A stretch of DNA of 64,000 bases, taken from NCBI RefSeq assembly GCF_947568905.1, contig NC_079173.1, positions 31,310,001-31,374,000 of the forward strand. The letters run 5' to 3'. The notes under the pieces are model-generated. The model was not told where the DNA came from. It made no database searches and saw nothing but the letters and a program-made list of their open reading frames with translations. Each line of letters starts with the position of its first letter. Position 1 is the first letter of the stretch. The DNA is from Ostrea edulis (taxonomy: Eukaryota). Position numbers and translations under genes: made by a program. Positions 1-11,116 of the stretch are shown one piece after another.

Positions 1-2830
1 GGGGAAATCTTCCTAATTCATAATACACTAAGCTATTGCACGTACTTTTTTTTTTTTACCCCTAAAACGTTTTTACAGAATAATGCATGTAATTTTTCAA
101 CATATTTGCCTTTATGAAAACCCCAAACTTCACATCCGTAATCTAAAACACTGTTTACATATGTATCAAAAACAGAACACTTAGTTTTAATGTTAAATTG
201 GTATTTCCTTAGTTTACTGTTAATTGCAAAAAACGCTTTCCTCCCTTGATCTGCTACATGTTTTTGTGTAATGTTAAACTTTCCATTATAATTAAATAAC
301 ATTCCTAGATAATTAAATTTATCAACCGTCTCAAGCTCCCTCCCATTGTAGAAAAATGTTTCATTACCTCTTATTTTACCTCCGTTTCTGAAGATCATTA
401 TTTTAGTTTTATCGACATTTAAAGTTAATTTCCATTCATTGTTATAAACGTGTAAAGTGTCGAGCATACGTTGTAGGGACTCAGGACTCTCAGCAAACAG
501 AACCATATCGTCAGCGTACATTAATAAAAACAAGTTTAACATATTCAATGGAACAAATGAACAGTGCTCTCTAATAAAATGCATTTCACAATCATTCACA
601 TATAAACTGTACAATATAGGTGACAATACCTCACCCTGGAAAAGCCCTATCCTATTTTCAAAGTATTCCGATAGCAAACCATTGTGCTTTACACAGGATT
701 TTACATTTGTATATAAAGACTGTATAATTTTCAACAATTTTCCATCAATACCTTGTCTTATCAGCTTTCAACATAGTATAAATCTATCTATTAAATCAAA
801 AGCTTTACGATAATCTATGAAACAACAATATAGTCTTCCTCCACGTTTTTTCAAAGTTTTATTTATTAGTGTTTGAAGAGCAAAAATAGCATCGATTGTT
901 GAGTTCCCTGCCCTGAAACCAAATTGTGCATCTGTTATAATATTGTACTTTTTATCCCAATTCAGAAGTCGTTTATTTAAAACTGACGTAAAAAGTTTCC
1001 CAAGACAACTTACTATAGTAATTCCCCTGTAATTATTTGTGTCATCTTGGTCCCCTTTTTTATAAACTGGAACTATAAAACCTTTAGACCAAGATTCAGG
1101 AAAGTAACCCGACATAAAAATAGAATTAAACAATTGTAGTAGAAATGGTATAATAACGTCTTTACAATCCTTTAAAAAATCATTTAATAAACAATCTTCA
1201 CCACAGCTTGTATTTCGTTTCAAATTTCCTATGGCTTTAATTATTTCGTTCTCCGTTATAGCAATATCCAATTCTTCATCGGACGTATACCCATCTGTAT
1301 CTATAATAACATTTGTGACATTGTCATCATTAGCTTTACCCAATTCTTTAAAATGATCAACAAACTGGTTCAGTGAAATGCTATTGGTTGTTTGAGTTTT
1401 ACGTTTACTAAAGTATTTGTGAAATTGTTTGGGATTTTGTTTTCTTAATAAGTCAATCATGTCACCCTCATGCCGTTTGTATTGTCTCATAAGTCGAAGT
1501 TCTATTTTTTAATACTCTTTCTTCTTCCTGATTAAGACTGAATGGTTATCTACTGTTTTATTTATGTTAAATTCATGTAATGCACTTTTATATTCTCTAT
1601 ATGTAATTTTACAAGTTTCACTGAACCAAGGTTTTTCTTCATTTTCCATAACTTTGTTTTTATGCTTACTTTTTAATTCATCACGTTTGGATTTAAAACT
1701 ATGTACATGAACATCACAATATGGCAAAACAATATCATTTAAAACATCACAAAATAAATTAACACATGAATCAGCCTCCTCTTGACTAGAAATATTCGAA
1801 GGAACAATATTGTCAAGCTTATCTCTATTTTGCGTGATTTTCTTAACAACACTCTCAACACTCTCTGTACTCCATATCACTGATTTAGCTGCTCATCTCT
1901 CACTTTCCGGAATAGGGTTTTAAACATTATCATAAACGAACGCAATATCAAAAGAAATAGGTGCATGGTCTGAGAAAGTATGAAAATTGCCTGAATTAAA
2001 TCTTATAAGATCATGAAAATATTTTCCTTCTATTAAAACATAATCTATCAAACTAGTTCCTTGAGAACCATAAAAAGTATAATTTCCATCTAAGTCATGT
2101 GTGTGTCTGCCATTTACTATTCTAAAACCTGTGGCTTTACACAGTGATAATAATTTTCTACCAAAAGTATTAATTTGCGTATCCATATTTTTTCGTTCAT
2201 CCTGGTTAAAAGTAGGTTCACAACTTCATCACTTAACTCGTCATGCTCTATATAATCGGCTCTAGTGCCAGTTCGGGCATTTAAATCACCCGTAATAATG
2301 ACCTTCCATTAGATTTAAAATCAACAATAGAGTCTCCTAAGCTTTGAAACAAATCGATCTCGTCACTACCTCTATCATAAAAAACACTATTTTCAGGTGG
2401 CAGGTAACAAAATGCAAAGAATGTATCCTTATTAACTAATTTTTCGTGAAATCTAAACCAAATAATACATTCTTCCATATTCCTAACTAAACAGATATCA
2501 TCTTTAACATTATTGCGAACTAAAATTGCGATACCCCCACCTCTACATGTCTTACGTGCAAAATGAACTTTTGATAATTTTGTAGGTCGATATCCTCATG
2601 TTCAGATATCCAACATTCTGTTAAACAAATGATATCATACTTTGTAATAATTGCTAAAAATTCATCATCTTGTAGCTTTTGACATAACCCCTTATCAATG
2701 TTCCATGTAAGGATCGAAAGTTCAGACTTACACGTATCGTCACTCTCTACGCACCCCTAACGCCTGATCTGCTGATCCGCCACTGATGTCACAGGCTGAA
2801 CCACGGTATCACACATCGTATTGACCTCAA
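1..2830 (-). mobile_element. Non-LTR retrotransposon (APE + RT, RTE-X/CR1-like), frameshifted, 5'-truncated; its 3' end lies outside the window
   Basis: The APE N-terminus (ILTWNI...YDIICLTECW, ~2730-2590) is followed by ORF pieces with GDLNAR, LVNGR..SLIDY/SDHAP, NYRGI, QFGFR, FIDYRKAFD, QGEVLSP and YADD. A TAG-GGG junction at ~2758 resembles an ORF1 stop. Confidence 0.92.
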
Positions 2831-2839
2831 AAAGAGCAA

Positions 2840-3125
2840 TAATTGTATAATGCTTACCTTGACGTAAAATTTATGGAAAATGCACGAGGTTGTCGAAGGG
2901 GGTGAAATATGATGGGGGAGATATTATGTTTGAGGTAGATATGCAATTGCAAGTAATCGGCTATCGCAAATAGTCTTCTTACCGGTTACCGAAAAGGATG
3001 AAGCGCGTGACCCGATTGGGAGATATGAAGTTTCATCCTCCCTTGCACGTGACTTTCTAAATCAACCAGATTACGCGTTGCATAGAATTTTCATACCGAG
3101 GTATAATGATTTGTTTAGAATCACG
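2840..3125. repeat. Terminal fragment of the non-autonomous element family also present at ~10320-10490
   Basis: Shares long blocks with 10327-10487 (CTTGACGTA..GGAAA.TGCACGAGG, AAATATGATGGGG, CCAGATTACGCGTTGCATAGAATT.TCATAC.GAGGTATAAT). Confidence 0.7.
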
Positions 3126-3319
3126 ATCTGAAAGTTTGATTCAAAATTATCTTTCCATAATCTTTGCGAGTGACTACAAATCTGCCAGTTTAATTCTACA
3201 TAGTTACTAAGTATGTCAGCTTTTGGATTGGACCCTGCCAGACACTAGGCTAGCATGAATTTCAGCATACATTTTCTATTTTGGGATATCGCTGTATCTG
3301 CTATCACTATCCAACTACA

Positions 3320-3321
3320 GT

Positions 3322-3351
<30 letters not shown>
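3320..3351. repeat. (GT)n microsatellite
   Basis: Direct reading. Confidence 0.95.
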
Positions 3352-3352
<1 letters not shown>

Positions 3353-3365
3353 GAATAGTTTTTAA

Positions 3366-3718
3366 AGGGGCATTTAATAGCTGTAAAAGTGATGGCAATC
3401 AATTTCTCTCAAAATCTCTCAATGGCATGGGACTATATATTAATAACTAATAAAAACATTTATTTTGTACAAAAACAAGAGAAACCTAATAAAACTACGT
3501 TAGGTAACCGCTTTTAGTGTAAAGAAATAGTGTTGTCGTAAAGCAAGACAATCTTTTTGATTATTCAATATCACCAAAATCACATATTCATGTGCTCGTT
3601 TTGAGGTTAAAAGGTGTTTGAAATAATTAAATACTGGTGTTATTACTCAAATGTATATAATATAGAGTAATTTTCATTTAATTCAAATTTGGATGACAAT
3701 ATGACAGCTAATGCCCCT
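3366..3718. mobile_element. Kolobok-type MITE (353 bp)
   Basis: TTAA|AGGGGCATT..AGCTGT on the left and ACAGCTAATGCCCCT|TTAA on the right. TTAA flanks are at 3362-3365 and 3719-3722. Confidence 0.8.
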
Positions 3719-3751
3719 TTAAACGCCTTATAAAGAATTTAAGAGTATTAA

Positions 3752-3882
3752 TTCTGAAATACGAAATGTTGTGGTAACCACTTATGAAATATCTGGTGTT
3801 ATGTTAACCACTTCTGAAATACGAACTGTTGTGGTAAGTACTTCTGAAATACGTGCTGTGGTAACTACTTTCGAAATCCGAT
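3752..3882. repeat. ~30-bp degenerate tandem repeat, ~4.5 copies
   Basis: Unit TTCTGAAATACGAAATGTTGTGGTAACCAC starts at 3752, 3782, 3812, 3842 and 3869. Confidence 0.8.
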
Positions 3883-5717
3883 ATTGGTTTGATATAACTT
3901 TGGTAAGCATTCCTGAACGAAGGAGAAAATCAATAATTGGGCCATCAATCTACCTGTATGAATATCTTAAGGCATTGTCTTCGTTAATCCTATCTTTAAC
4001 ACTTGGTTAATGACATGAATGGATTTCATGACAAATAATATACTTTCTTTTCATGAACAAGCATACAAATTTCACAAGGAATAAACTATTTTGCGAGAGA
4101 TAATATTTCCTTGCCACGTTTTAACTTAGGATGTACATGTAACATATTGTAACGACTATTTGATCTCGTGATTATTTTGTACAAGACACTGCTTTACCTA
4201 ATTAATTCAATACAAAGGGTAGTTCATTATTATCTGAAAACTTTTCAAATATAAGATACAGCTTATTTTCAGCTGACTTGTGGTAGAGGTATAGTGAACT
4301 GATTCTTTTTCCGGGTGTGTTTTTGACAATTTGACTTTAAAATGATATCTTTAGAAGCTTTAGATCAGCAACAAATCCCTTTCCCTTGTCGCTGAATTTC
4401 ATAATGTTCCAAATATTTCCGCAGATACAATTGAAATCTTGTACATTGTTTATTTCATCCTTGAAAGAGGGAAGTTAAAAACAATTTTTAAAAATGTTAT
4501 GAAAAGGTTCAAATTTCCTTTAGTTTTACATCATCAGTCAGCCGACGATACGATGACCTCCAGGCATTCTTTGAAGGTCAAGGATGCTTGATTTAGCTGC
4601 AGATTTCTCTGGGGAACAAGTCCTGACAGACCAGAGAGCCGCACACAGTTGAGGACTTATATCGCTGTACTGTTGTATCACTGTGTCAAAAATTTAATGT
4701 TAGATTTCCCCAATATACTTGTGTTTATATAAGGGGTGGATCTATAGCTCGTTGGTCTGTTCCAATATTTTCTCAGAAAGTTACATATCTGCAGCTATGC
4801 TTACTTCTACGACCTAAAAACAATGCCATTGATTGTAGGTCAAATCGCTCAAATGTCAAAATTGTATATACATTATATTTACTTTATTTCATACCTACAA
4901 TTATTAGTTTTCTGCGTTTCTTTCCTTGATGTGTGGGTCGTTATAACGGTCTTCCTTTGCAGTAAAAATGATAAAAATTTTGAGTGTACAGCGAGTAGCC
5001 GGGTAATTAAGGAACGCGCTTAGCAAGCAAGTCACGTGTTCAATTGTCTACCCCGGCGGCTGCAGCACGCAAGTCCCAGGTTCAATACGCAACTTCCGAG
5101 ATATCAGCTCTTCTGTGATGGAGGTACGTTCAGTGTCGTGTTGAACGCTTGAGTGGGTACAAGATGTATACATGTACATATACTATAGACTAGCTATGTA
5201 AATACAGATAAAAGAAATGAAAGTGTAAATTTTGTTTATATCAGCCGTTGGTATACATTAAACTGATCATATCAAGAACAATATTTGTTTAAATTAGGCC
5301 ATCAAATTAAATTTGAAATTATTTTTTATTTCCTCCTCTTCACTAGGAATATTTCAATCAAAGAAAAATGGTAATTATCGAGTTTTGTTTGAGCTATTTT
5401 ATTATCAAATACTAATAAACTTACTAATATTGTGTGTCCCTACAGTTTGGGTGGTTGCATACTGTCTAATAATCATCCTTTAGGCAATATATGAAGGCAG
5501 CGATAAGCATTTGTACCCACCGCGTGTGGACGATAGTATACTTTGCGTCTCACTGTGCGTAAGAGTTCCACAAAGGGAAAGAACTATTGGGCAACTCGGA
5601 AATGGCATATTGTCTACCCCGGCGACTGCAGCAAATCTAAACAAACGTTTATGATAGGTAGTGAGTGATTGGAGTTTTTTTTTTATCATGTGCCACATGC
5701 TACAGAAACGAAGGTTA

Positions 5718-5812
5718 CGGGTCTTTGGGGTATGACCTTAAAAAATGAGGTCTCGTGTCACGATAGGCGTTGGTACGATAAAGAACCCTCACTACTACGG
5801 CTGTAAGCGACA
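5718..5812 (+). mobile_element. tRNA-SINE internal fragment
   Basis: GTCTCGTGTCAC..GG.GTTGG.ACGATAAAGAACCCTCACT..GTAAGCG matches the SINE body seen at 41975-42220, 51685-51955 and 55765-55975. Confidence 0.65.
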
Positions 5813-5988
5813 TTGATCAAAATCCATGACACTTCTAGTACATCTGGTAACGTCCCTATTTGAACAAAAGATTTAAATTCTATTTCTATTTGTTTACAGC
5901 GAAGCTGAGAATCTGCGAACCTGGAGTGATGAGTGTATACGACGTCAGATCGATAGATATGGCTACTGGCGAGAGGGAAAAGTACAGA

Positions 5989-6360
5989 GTATCCTTCATA
6001 TGAAATCATTATATCAACATAAGCATCGTTTGCTTTACATGTTGGGGGGGGGGGGTGAGTTACGTTTCAACCTTGAAGACTGCATTTCAGTTCAAATCGA
6101 TAACATTGAGATCCAAACGACTTCGAGACGTAAATGTGTAAATAATAGAATCCTAGGGTAATTCATGCTTCAAATTGTTTTATATCCCTATGACACAACT
6201 ACCTTAACATTTATTTAATATTATATTCAATAGACACACTATTTTGTAAATCATAGTTTCAAAGATCGATTTATAGATAATTGCATTGCATTGTAACAGC
6301 ATAGGATGTGGATATGAATTTATCAACACCTCTAATTTGACATTTGTTATATATCTTCTG
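5989..6360 (+). other. U12-type (minor spliceosome) intron of the IP6K gene
   Basis: The donor GTATCCTT (5989-5996) matches the U12 consensus RTATCCTT. Homology places the 3' boundary at 6360, where the sequence reads TG rather than AG. Confidence 0.7.
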
Positions 6361-6682
6361 AACTCATAATGCTAGAGAACCTGGTTGCACCGTACCGCTA
6401 CCCTTCTGTCATGGATCTCAAAATGATGCCTCGGAGACGAAAAAGAGGATGCTGGAAGAAAGATGGATGTCTACAACTTCCGCTTCACTTGGCTTTCGAA
6501 TGTGTGGCATCCAGGTACACCCCTAATGTATACATTTCTTTTCTCTATTGAAAGAAGTTTCGTCACGATCTCTCTTCTCAAAACAAGACCGCCAGTTTCA
6601 GTCATATGTATTCAATTTGATCGCTTTAAAATCATTTTATCGTATTAATTCCTTATGATAATCAGTTTGTTTTTGTTTTAGT

Positions 6683-8325
6683 TTTTTATTTAGCTCACCT
6701 GAGTTGAAAGTTCAAGTGAGCTAATCTGATCACATTTTGTCTGTCGTCTGTCTGTCCGTCCGTAAACTTTTCACATTTCCACTTTCTTCTTCTTCAGAAA
6801 CACTGGGCCAATTTCAATCAAACTTGGTAGACATCATCCATGGATGAAGGGGATTCATGTTTGTTCAAATGAAGGACTGTAATCACGGTCACATGAGTAT
6901 CACAACCCATACAAGGAGTCACATATTTGCATTTTTAAAGTCTCAATATGGAGTCCTTTGTGCATATGTTTATGATCTTACAAAATACGCACTCAATTCC
7001 TATTCATTTACAGAAAAAGGAAAAATGGAGTTTTGAAACATAAATCATTTTGACACCCCCCCCCTTTAAAAAAATCCCGGACCCATGAATTTCACAAATT
7101 AAGAAAAGGACATTACGGAGATCATAACCATACATTTAATTTATCCCCCATGACTGTGAAAGTAGAAAAGAAAAAATTAATTTGTCCACATTTTTACCAA
7201 GGGCCTGGACCCCTGACCCAAAAGCCATGAATTTTACAATTTAGTAGAGAGCTTCATGAACATCATCATATTCATGCATTTAGTTTTTCTCATGTATAAG
7301 TATATGACAGTAGAGAAGACGATTTTCTATTATTTGATACAGTTTTACTTACTACATGTATATGGATATATTGGCCCTGCCTTAGGGCTTTAACCCTGAA
7401 CCAGGAACCATGAATTTCACAATGATTCATGGACATCATAATCATAATCAGACCCTGGGGCCAAGAATTTCACTATTTTGGTAGAGGCACCCTGACTCAT
7501 TATAACCATGTACTCAGTTTGTCTGCTAGGTTCTCAGGAGTAGAGACGAAGATTTTTAAAGATTGTATAATTTTTACAGCTTGTACCCAAAATTCATGGC
7601 CCTTAGCGGATTGGGATCATGAATTTCATAATGTAAACCCCCCTTCCCCTACAGATGCTACACACTAAATTTGGTCAAAGTTGGCCAAGTAGTTTAACAG
7701 AATAAGTTGAAAATGTTCAAATGTTAACGCACGACGACGGACGAAAACGGATAGCATTAGGTCATCTGAGTGACTCAGGTGACCTAGAAATGCAAAAATA
7801 GGGTGGGGTCATTTAAAATTCTTCTCAAGAACCACTGGACCAGAAAAGTTCAAATTTGCATGGCAGTTTCCTGACATAGTGCAGATTCACGTTTGTTAAA
7901 ATCATAGCCACCCCACCCACCCCCAGTTTTAAGGTGGGGACACAATGGGGAGGGGGTCAAAGTTTTACATGCAAAGATTTAAGGAAATCTCTAAAAATCT
8001 TCTCAAAAACCACTAGGCCAGGAAAGTTCAAATTTACATGGTAGCCTTCTGACTTGTATCTAAATTTCTTATGGCAAGACCTTTCATTTTATATCATGTT
8101 CTTCGACTCTGAACTCTGAGTTTGACCTGCTTTTAAGAAAATATAACCTATCAAGTATATCAGGAACTATTCTAAAAACTTACCTATTTTTAAATATCTT
8201 CTGAACTTTTCAATGTGGGGATTTCATATTGCTTATATAGATTATTTTTGACAAGACTTTTTTTTATATTTTGGTGTTGACCTTGAATAACGGTAGGGTC
8301 AAAGTGACTCAGGTGAGCGATGTTG
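6683..8325. mobile_element. Helentron-like non-autonomous element with a second related element nested at ~6890-7790, in the last IP6K intron
   Basis: The left end reads TTTTAGCTCACCTGAG..TCAAGTGAGCT followed by (CTGT/CCGT)n, and the right end GACTCAGGTGAGCGATG. The nested copy ends GGTCATCTGAGTGACTCAGGTGACCTA. Family assignment is from recalled bivalve Helentron structure. Confidence 0.65.
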
Positions 8326-9699
8326 TTCTTTTTGTTCTTTGTTTGAATTAGTTTTTCGTTTTGGTTCTTTCAATGAAATTTAAATTGTTGAATATATTAC
8401 CATCGTCTTATTAAAAAAAAAACCCACTTTTTTGCAGGTTTATAAAAACGACAACAAAAGTTACATATCACATGACAAATATTTTGGACGTGGACTGGAT
8501 AAAAATGGTGTCAGAGACGAAATGATGAATTTCTTCCACGATGGGTTTTCGTTAAGGAAGGACGCGATAACGTCCATTATAACCAAACTATGTCATATGC
8601 TAGTCGCGTTAGACATGCAACGTGCCTTCAAACTGTTTTCGTGTTCACTCTTGATACTCTATGAAGGCAATAGTACTCTTGCCAGGGATGTACACAACAA
8701 ACCTCTTCTAGACGTTCAAACGTGCATTAACGATGTTCGACAGATTGACTTCGCAAATGCGATGGAAACCTCCAACTGCTCAAATGAAGATATCGCATCC
8801 AAAGCCGGAATTCGCTTTGGCATAAAAAGTCTGATAAGTTTGTTGGAAGAGTTTTTGTAAAAGTATGAACTATTTGTTTCACCTCATTGCTGTTATAGGT
8901 GATATTTAGACTTAATTTGATAAGAATTCCATTATTTGGGCTTTTTACATATTTGTAACTATTTTGATACTTGCTGGTAATCAGGGTTTTTCAGTGCATG
9001 AATGATTAATAAATAATTGCTATGTACATGTATAATTCATTGACGTACGATTTTGATTTTATAATTATACACCACTTCGGGTTCCTTATCAACAAAAGAT
9101 TCAAACATTATTTTTTTGGGCAATATGTATAGTAGCTATACATTTCATACCCATATTTGTTTTATTTTTTGTGCAATATGTATGAAATTAAACAATGATA
9201 TTGAAGTATACAAGTTAGGCCTAATTTAATGTTTCAAGTCAAATTTCCAAGTTTCGTAATCTTTTTTTTCTTTCTGGAAAGTGTCTAAAATTCGCTCACA
9301 TGTGCTTTTTTCTAGTATGGCTAATTAGAAACCTACTCTTTTCATCATGAACACGGTGCTATGAATATTTTTAACACATATCGATTGAAAAAATTGTATA
9401 ATTTTGGTACATGTACTTCGTACAAAAAACATTTTATAAAGTGTTTCTAAGAGATTCACATATCTGATATTTATAAGAAATTGTCATTTCAAAAAATCTA
9501 TGTGCGGTGCAATGTATTGACATATGTACATTTCTATTTTTATTGGTGTCATTCAGTATGCAATTTACACATCTTTTTACAATTTAAACCAGATTTACGT
9601 ATTTTTTATAAAACCATTGTATTACAGTAAGAACCTTGAGATAACACACATGCTCAGAAAGTTTAAAACCGTATTTCTAATGAACCAATAATGATATAT

Positions 9700-10560
9700 A
9701 TTGCATGGAGTGCATTAGATATTGCATGGTGTGTAATAGATATTGGATGGTGTGTAATATATATTGCATAGTGTGTAATATATATTGCATGGTGTGCAAT
9801 ATAAATTGCATGGTGTGTAATAGATATTATATTGTGTGTAATATGTATTGAATAGTGTGTAATACACATTTATTGCATGATAGTGAGGGAGATATGAAGA
9901 TTTATTCACCCAAGAAAAGTTGCCCGAAGGGAATATGATTTTTCTTGGGTGAATAAATCTTCATACGTCCCTCACTATCATGCAATAAATTGTTTATTAT
10001 ACCGATACAAAGCAAGATTACAAAAGTGCATTTGAAATTGGAGTCCCCTCATCTATACATTGTATGTAGCTGGGATCGCCCTAACGGTAACACCGCGCCG
10101 TCAACGTATTACGGTAGAAGGTACAAACAACGAAATACGGTTGTATGATAACCAGTTTTTGTATTTCCATTCTCCATAAATGCTGATTTACTTGCTTGTT
10201 TTTGTATCAACCAAAACCTGGCGATATTTAAAGTGTGTATCAGAGACCCACATATTTTGTGCCTTTCGAAATTATGAAAGTACAATGACTCGAACTTATT
10301 GTGACGTCACAATAAACTTCGTCTACCTTGACGTACGGAAAGTGCACGAGGCTGCCCAAGGAGTAAATATGATGGGGAGATATGATGTTTGAGAGGGAGT
10401 TATGAAGTTTTATCATCCCTGACATGTGACTGTCTAGACCAATCAGATTACGCGTTGCATAGAATTCTCATACTGAGGTATAATAATAGATATTGTATAG
10501 CGTGTAATAGATAGTGCATAGTGTGTACATGTAATGGTTACTAGTATTGCATGGTGTGTA
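9700..10560. mobile_element. Non-autonomous element with 21-bp tandem repeats at both ends and a large internal palindrome (Crypton-like?)
   Basis: ATAGATATTGCATGGTGTGTA repeats occur at ~9700-9870 and ~10485-10560. 51-bp inverted arms lie at 9868-9918 and 9940-9990. Superfamily assignment is tentative. Confidence 0.5.
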
Positions 10561-11053
10561 TCAGACTTTCTTATCATCTACCATAATATTTTTCATTTAG
10601 AATAGGAATGAAATTAGCCAAGCATGGACATCCTTTCAAAAGAACACGATTTTCCCTGACCTCTATCTTTTACATGCAATGAATGATATCGTGTGTATAC
10701 TTCCAGGTTCATTTTGTTGTTGTTATATCTTCAAAATTCAGTTTTGCCCTCTTTATTTTAATAGTTGAAGTAGAGTTTATGAAGGTTACCTGTGCGTAAC
10801 GAATGTATTACAATATGTGTATATATCAATCTAAAATCTCCACCACAGACAACTTATTTTTCTTGCATATGAAGACAAAATCCGTTTTGATAACTTAAAG
10901 AGTCCGTGAAGTCAAAGTCAAAGTTTTGATTAATTGGTGTAGAATAACACGAAAGTCAATATCCCAAAATTTTACAGTCAATATAGCGGCGATAAGGAAA
11001 TTATTCCCGTTCAAAGTTGTCGATTTTCGCACCTGATTAAAACCAATCAAGGC

Positions 11054-11099
11054 AACTTCCGGTTGTACTATTATTAGCAAAATACTTGCGTGACGTCAC
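11054..11099 (+). promoter_or_regulatory. Putative KolX promoter motifs (ETS-like ACTTCCGG, CRE-like TGACGTCA)
   Basis: The motifs lie ~20-60 bp upstream of the KolX ATG. An ETS-like CACTTCCGG also precedes the transposase (~20174-20182). Motif match only. Confidence 0.35.
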
Positions 11100-11116
11100 T
11101 TTACATCAGCTTTGAA

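Larger units (their letters stand above)
5900..8860 (+). pseudogene. IP6K: Inositol hexakisphosphate kinase (IP6K/IPK family) gene, 3' exons, probably pseudogenised
   Basis: Exons 5900-5988 (TWSDECIRRQI..GKVQ), ~6361-6514 (IMLENLV..YPSVMDLKM / frameshift / DASETKK..STTSASLGFRMCGIQ) and 8438-8860 (VY..DKYFGRGL..FSCSLLILYEG..IDFANA..GIRFGIKSLI, TAA). These match the IP6K motifs PxxxDxKxG, SSLL and IDF. The last intron (6515-8437) is GT-AG, phase 0. There is a frameshift at 6425/6426. The 5' exons were not identified. Confidence 0.88.

Noticed and set aside
457-813. Plus-strand 118-aa ORF
   Set aside because: Antisense shadow of the LINE RT. The same applies to 32665-32895, 16899-17247, 19646-19972 and 60404-60694.
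4520-4860. Candidate 5' exons of IP6K (RYDD-like peptide at ~4547; possible exon 4795-4858)
   Set aside because: The similarity is too short, the frames contain stops and the donor is weak.
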